Source: an uncultured Pseudomonadota bacterium
GTDB taxonomy: Bacteria > SAR324 > NAC60-12
Reading direction: 5' to 3'
Assembly: GCA_913020725.1 (NCBI GenBank)
Contig: CAJWCD010000064.1
Coordinates: forward strand, 1-20,390
DNA length: 20,390 bases
The translations under genes and the position numbers were made by a program. The notes under the pieces are model-generated. The model was given only the letters and a program-made list of their open reading frames with translations, was not told the origin of the DNA and ran no database searches. Below, in pieces: positions 16,562-20,390 of this stretch (its first letter is position 1; every line of letters starts with the position of its first letter).

Positions 16562-18750
16562 TGACGCACAACCACGAGTTGAAGAACCGTCCGGGACCAT
16601 GGGTGCGTTTTATGGGGCACGTGTTGTTTGAAGGCTTGGGCAATCTCCTGAAAGGTGGCTGGGGCCAGCAACGACCGGAGTTTCCCAAAATACCCCGTGT
16701 TGTTGCGAGGCTCAAGCCATTCTTGAATTCGGTGCGCTGCAAGCCGCAGTTCGGTCGTGTAAGATTTTTCGCTGCAAACCACTATGGAATACCCCACTTG
16801 CAGGCGTTCGCCAAAAGCTTTCTTCGTCAGAGTGCCGTCTTTGTTCTGAAGGGGCTGATAGATTTCCTGCTCCGCGTCCAATAATGCCTGTTTTGTTGAT
16901 GCATCCAATAAATTCGCCGCCAGCAGACTAGAAAGCCGAGGAGCCTTGCTGGGTAAAGAGAGGGCGAAGAGCAATCGTCCTGCGGGGGCAAGTAAGTCAG
17001 AAAGTGCGGCCAACTGCCCGGAAATCGGAGGCTCCTGCTCAGTAGGAAACCAACCCAAGATGCGCTCAAAGCGGATATTCGAGGAGGCCAGTTGCTCGGT
17101 GATATTTTCCAGAGTCCCCTCATGCCAAACGCAGGCCGGATGTTCAGATTCGGCATCGGGTCCGGTCCAAAGTGCGCGCTTGCCCCCTGTGGGTAGCCAG
17201 ACGTGGACCCCCTCGTCCGGAGTTTGCCGACGCAGTTCAGGGGTGAGCAATCCGGAGGCGGGTTCTAGCGCAAGTGTGAGGGAATTGCGTTGCAGTTGGG
17301 CGTGCACAAAAAGATCCGTGCGGATTTGCGACAACACCTCCGTGCTGGTGTCGTAGGTTCGTTCTTCCCAATCCGGACCCTGCGATTTGGCCTCGCTTTC
17401 CAGCAGGGCCGCGATCATGGCTTCGCGCCGGCGTAGCACTTCTACTCGCAGGTGCTGTTCGTAGCCTTGGTCCGACGGCTGGTAGAATACCCGCCCTTGC
17501 AAGGCATCCGGGAGGTACTGCTGCGCCACCCAATGATCCCGGTAAGCGTGGGGATAAAGATAGCCTTCGCCATGCCCGAAACTTTCCTTGTCCCGATTGG
17601 CGTCCTTGATAGGATCAGGCACCTCGTCCTTAGATTCGGACTCCACTGTCCGCAGCGCGTCAAAGAACGCAAACGCGCTGTTGCTCTTGTGGGCGGTGCT
17701 GAGGTACAAGCAGGCTTCTGCGAGAAGAAAGCGACCCTCCGGCATCCCCACATAGTTAAAGGCCTGCGCGGCGGACGTGACCACCGAGAGGGCTTGCGGA
17801 TCGGCCAAACCCACGTCTTCCGCTGCAAAGATCGTCATCCTCCGAAACAGAAAACGGGGTTCCTCACCACCGAGGATCATCTTCGCCATCCAGTAGAGTG
17901 CTGCATCCGGATCAGAGCCGCGCATGGCCTTGATGAACGCCGAGGCGGTATCGAAATGCACATCACCATCCTTGTCATACAAGACCGCCCGCCGCTGGAT
18001 GGAGTCCTCAGCGACCTCCAGTGTGACTGGCACCACACCGTTTGCGTCCGGAGGAGTGGTCTGCACCGCGAGTTCCAGCGCGTTGAGGGCCGAGCGGGCA
18101 TCACCGGACGCCACCTGTGCGAGATGCGCGCGGGCTTCCGGAGCAAACGCCACCTGATGTTGTCCAAGCCCGCGTTCGGAATCCGCCAGTGCCTGATCCA
18201 AAAGGCGTGCGATATGCTCAGCCTCCAGCGCATGCAATTGAAAAATCCGGGAGCGGCTCAGCAGAGCCTTGTTGACCTCGAAGTGCGGATTCTCAGTCGT
18301 TGCACCGATCAGCACGAGGGTACCGTTCTCAACATGCGGGAGCAGTGCGTCCTGTTGCGCCTTATTGAAGCGGTGGACTTCGTCAATGAACAACAGGGTG
18401 CGAATCTGACGGGTGCGCCACGCCTCCTGCGCTTGCTCCACGCACTGCCGGATGTCACTGATCCCGGCAAGGACTGCGTTGATCGAAAGAAAGTCGGAGC
18501 GTGTGGTCTGCGCGATGATGTGGGCAAGGGTCGTTTTGCCACTTCCGGGAGGGCCAGAAAAGATGACACTGGAGAGTTGATCCGCCTCGATCGCCCGACG
18601 CAACAGCCGTCCGGGAGCCAAGACATGAGCTTGCCCCACGAATTCCACCAACGTCCGGGGGCGCATGCGCTCAGCCAGCGGGGCCAACTGTTGACGCACC
18701 TTGTCGGCAGCGTGATCCAAGAGTGGAGCGTTTGGGTTGCGTTTGGGCAT
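16558..18750 (-). CDS. rarA: Replication-associated recombination protein A (RarA/MgsA) with a long C-terminal extension
   Basis: APLAERMRP, Walker A GPPGSGKT, FIDEVHRFNKAQQDALLP, IGATTENP, SAFIKAMRGSDPDAALYW and YLYPH...QQYLP. About 280 extra residues follow the usual end. Confidence 0.95.
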   Translation of the reverse strand: MPKRNPNAPLLDHAADKVRQQLAPLAERMRPRTLVEFVGQAHVLAPGRLLRRAIEADQLSSVIFSGPPGSGKTTLAHIIAQTTRSDFLSINAVLAGISDIRQCVEQAQEAWRTRQIRTLLFIDEVHRFNKAQQDALLPHVENGTLVLIGATTENPHFEVNKALLSRSRIFQLHALEAEHIARLLDQALADSERGLGQHQVAFAPEARAHLAQVASGDARSALNALELAVQTTPPDANGVVPVTLEVAEDSIQRRAVLYDKDGDVHFDTASAFIKAMRGSDPDAALYWMAKMILGGEEPRFLFRRMTIFAAEDVGLADPQALSVVTSAAQAFNYVGMPEGRFLLAEACLYLSTAHKSNSAFAFFDALRTVESESKDEVPDPIKDANRDKESFGHGEGYLYPHAYRDHWVAQQYLPDALQGRVFYQPSDQGYEQHLRVEVLRRREAMIAALLESEAKSQGPDWEERTYDTSTEVLSQIRTDLFVHAQLQRNSLTLALEPASGLLTPELRRQTPDEGVHVWLPTGGKRALWTGPDAESEHPACVWHEGTLENITEQLASSNIRFERILGWFPTEQEPPISGQLAALSDLLAPAGRLLFALSLPSKAPRLSSLLAANLLDASTKQALLDAEQEIYQPLQNKDGTLTKKAFGERLQVGYSIVVCSEKSYTTELRLAAHRIQEWLEPRNNTGYFGKLRSLLAPATFQEIAQAFKQHVPHKTHPWSRTVLQLVVVRQ

Positions 18751-18827
18751 AAAGTCACGGTCTCCCGACCAGATTACGCAACTGAGAGGCTCACGGCAAG
18801 TCCGGGATCATTTCTGAGAAAAGCTGG

Positions 18828-18856
18828 TTGACTTTCCAAGAAAGATTTTCTAGACT
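18828..18856 (+). promoter_or_regulatory. Sigma70 promoter of the tRNA operon
   Basis: TTGACT (18828-18833), 17-bp spacer, TAGACT (18851-18856), ending 11 bp before tRNA-Gly. Confidence 0.8.
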
Positions 18857-18867
18857 AATAAGTTGGC

Positions 18868-18943
18868 GCGGGAGTAGCTCAGTTGGTAGAGCATCAGCCT
18901 TCCAAGCTGAGGGTCGCCGGTTCGAACCCGGTCTCCCGCTCCA
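18868..18943 (+). tRNA. tRNA-Gly (TCC)
   Basis: 76-nt cloverleaf. Acceptor stem GCGGGAG/CTCCCGC, anticodon arm TCAGC-CTTCCAA-GCTGA, TTCGAA T-loop and encoded CCA. Confidence 0.97.
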
Positions 18944-18974
18944 AGCCAAGCTTATCTCATCAGTCCCTTCTGAT

Positions 18975-19051
<77 letters not shown>

Positions 19052-19117
19052 AATAAATCCAATAAAATCATTAGATTAAAGAGATATTTTTTAACCTCTT
19101 GATTTGGTATAAATCTG

Positions 19118-19164
19118 TACCCCACACTATACCCCACATACTTTAACTCTTTTGGATATACCCC
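19118..19164 (+). repeat. Tandem direct repeats resembling tyrosine-integrase arm-type binding sites
   Basis: TACCCCACA at 19118-19126 and 19130-19138 (12-bp period), with a partial copy TATACCCC at 19157-19164. Confidence 0.65.
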
Positions 19165-19388
19165 TCGCATTTGAGTAAAAGATACCTTGAGCACACTATC
19201 GCCAAGTCAGGTCAGAGCAAGCGCAGTCAAGCCAGAATGATCCTCTCATTGAGTTGATACCCTCTATCACCTGAAACCTTCTGGTGTTGAAATCATTCCT
19301 CAAGCACCTCAGTTCGGTCTGATGGCACCGATCGTGGGATGGAAGCGATCCCTACAGTTTCATCCTTCCAACAGTCCTTCCGCAATAG

Positions 19389-19394
19389 TATAAT
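19389..19394 (+). promoter_or_regulatory. Possible -10 box upstream of the terS-like gene
   Basis: Perfect TATAAT, but only a weak -35 (TTCCAA at 19366-19371, 17-bp spacer). Confidence 0.3.
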
Positions 19395-19541
19395 TAAAGC
19401 TCCAGCTTGGCTCCATGCCTGACTGCCCAAAAGAAGGGCAGGGGGGAACAAAACAGCCCCCAATGCTACATAGTACATTCCCTCCCTCTATTCGGGGGGA
19501 GGATTTTGGTGTTCAGCCCATTAACATTTTTGAGACTTGAA

Positions 19542-20015
19542 ATGCGGCGCTTTGGAGAACTCTCAGAACAGCGGCAGGTGTTTGTTCAGGAATACTGCAG
19601 GCTGGGAGATCATGTGGAGGCAGCCCGTCGAGCGGGGTATTCGGAAAAGACCCTCAACAATCAGGCATGCAAGCTCAAGCGCGAGCTCTCAGGAGAAATT
19701 GAAAGCGAGTTAAGGTTTAATTTCGTCAGCCATGCCCCGAACGCCTTGAGAATACTGACAGAGCTGGCAGAACACTCCAATTCGGACAGTGTAAGGCTGC
19801 AGGCCGCAAGAGATCTTCTGGACCGTGCCGGATACAAGGCAGTTGAACGAAGAGAGGAGATCACCCAGCGGCCGTCCACTCAAGAAATTGAATCCGAGAT
19901 TGTCAGGCTGGTCGGCAGGGAAGGAGCAGATCTGCTGCTTCAGAAGAAGTCCCTTGCAGACTTGATGCAAGAGAATAGAAAAGATTCTGGGGTGGTCTCT
20001 GAGTTGGTGAACTGA
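19542..20015 (+). CDS. Phage terminase small subunit-like protein (157 aa)
   Basis: LSEQRQVFVQEY...EAARRAGYSEKT matches the N-terminal HTH pattern of the TerS (Terminase_2-type) family. The helical segment SDSVRLQAARDLLDRAGY is typical of related phage proteins. ATG 19542 preferred over TTG 19407. Confidence 0.78.
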   Translation: MRRFGELSEQRQVFVQEYCRLGDHVEAARRAGYSEKTLNNQACKLKRELSGEIESELRFNFVSHAPNALRILTELAEHSNSDSVRLQAARDLLDRAGYKAVERREEITQRPSTQEIESEIVRLVGREGADLLLQKKSLADLMQENRKDSGVVSELVN

Positions 20016-20058
20016 ACCTCTAGGACGGACCAAAACTTCTGAAACACTTCTTGATCTG

Positions 20059-20170
20059 TGTAACTGGGATTAACCAGAACCACGGTCAATGCCCCTCTCC
20101 ACATACCCTCAAGAGAAGACTGGCTATGCCTTCTTGGGGGCAAACCACTTCGGAGAGAATTCAGCTCCGC
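20059..20170 (+). ncRNA. Speculative tracrRNA-like RNA (imperfect anti-repeat plus hairpins)
   Basis: 20059-20086 is partly complementary to the putative repeat and is followed by stem-loops at 20106-20140 and 20151-20169. Confidence 0.25.
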
Positions 20171-20313
20171 CAGATAATATCTGCCAGCATGTGATCCTCC
20201 CTGAGAATCTAGGGAAAATTAATAAAGGTTTGCAATGAACCGGGTGGGGTGGTAAAAAGCCCTTGGTTCGTTCAGTACTTGAATGAGCTAATGCGTTACA
20301 AACTGGGTTTTCC

Positions 20314-20390
20314 GCTGTGATTTACAGTCAATCCTCTAGGTGTTACAATTGTCATTCGACTGCACCAAGTTTGGGGCAGGCTGTGATTTA
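20314..20390 (+). CRISPR. Start of a putative type II-C-like CRISPR array: one repeat, one spacer and a partial second repeat
   Basis: GCTGTGATTTA occurs at 20314 and at 20380, a 66-bp period, and the second copy is cut by the window end. This parses as the 36-nt GCTGTGATTTACAGTCAATCCTCTAGGTGTTACAAT (20314-20349) plus a 30-nt spacer (20350-20379). The unit ends in TGTTACAAT, like the TGCTACAAT end of Neisseria II-C repeats. Only 11 nt are seen twice, so the 3' boundary is inferred. Confidence 0.6.

Larger units (their letters stand above)
19052..20390. mobile_element. Left part of a putative tRNA-fMet-integrated element (phage satellite, prophage or island)
   Basis: Abrupt AT-rich shift after CCA, no obvious terminator, att-like motifs and a phage packaging-type gene. 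The integrase and second att site are not in the window. Confidence 0.7.

Noticed and set aside
17452..18831. 459-aa plus-strand ORF opposite rarA
   Set aside because: Antisense shadow of rarA with no motifs of its own.
19293..19478. 61-aa minus-strand ORF in the terS leader
   Set aside because: No RBS or recognisable motif, and it overlaps the hairpin cluster. It cannot be supported.
20248..20301. Possible degenerate CRISPR repeat upstream of 20314
   Set aside because: The sequence one period (66 bp) upstream does not resemble the repeat, and the GTTACAA at 20295-20301 is off-period.

Overview
Bacterial chromosomal segment, mostly moderately GC-rich housekeeping and metabolic genes, with a candidate integrated mobile element at the right end. 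Left to right: 5' end of a CnbZ-like deaminase gene, an IS3-like end remnant, a class IV aminotransferase, a double-hotdog MaoC-type hydratase, an MFS transporter, a TauE/SafE protein, a potC-potA pair without potB/potD, an ISKra4-like remnant, ghrA, two lipoproteins (one TPR-rich), a ~1520-aa single-chain biotin-dependent carboxylase (CTalpha-insert-CTbeta-BC-BCCP), two small exported proteins, a long rarA, and tRNA-Gly(TCC) plus initiator tRNA-Met behind a near-consensus sigma70 promoter. Directly after tRNA-fMet the DNA turns AT-rich and shows att-like features (IHF-like site, tandem TACCCCACA repeats), followed by a lone terminase-small-subunit-like gene. The last 77 bp read as a 36-nt repeat, a 30-nt spacer and the first 11 nt of a second repeat, resembling a type II-C CRISPR array, and a weak anti-repeat (tracrRNA candidate) lies about 230 bp upstream. 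The best candidate for a new system is a tRNA-fMet-integrated, TerS-carrying phage satellite or prophage with a CRISPR array. The window ends before this can be confirmed. All family assignments come from motif recognition by eye; no searches were run.
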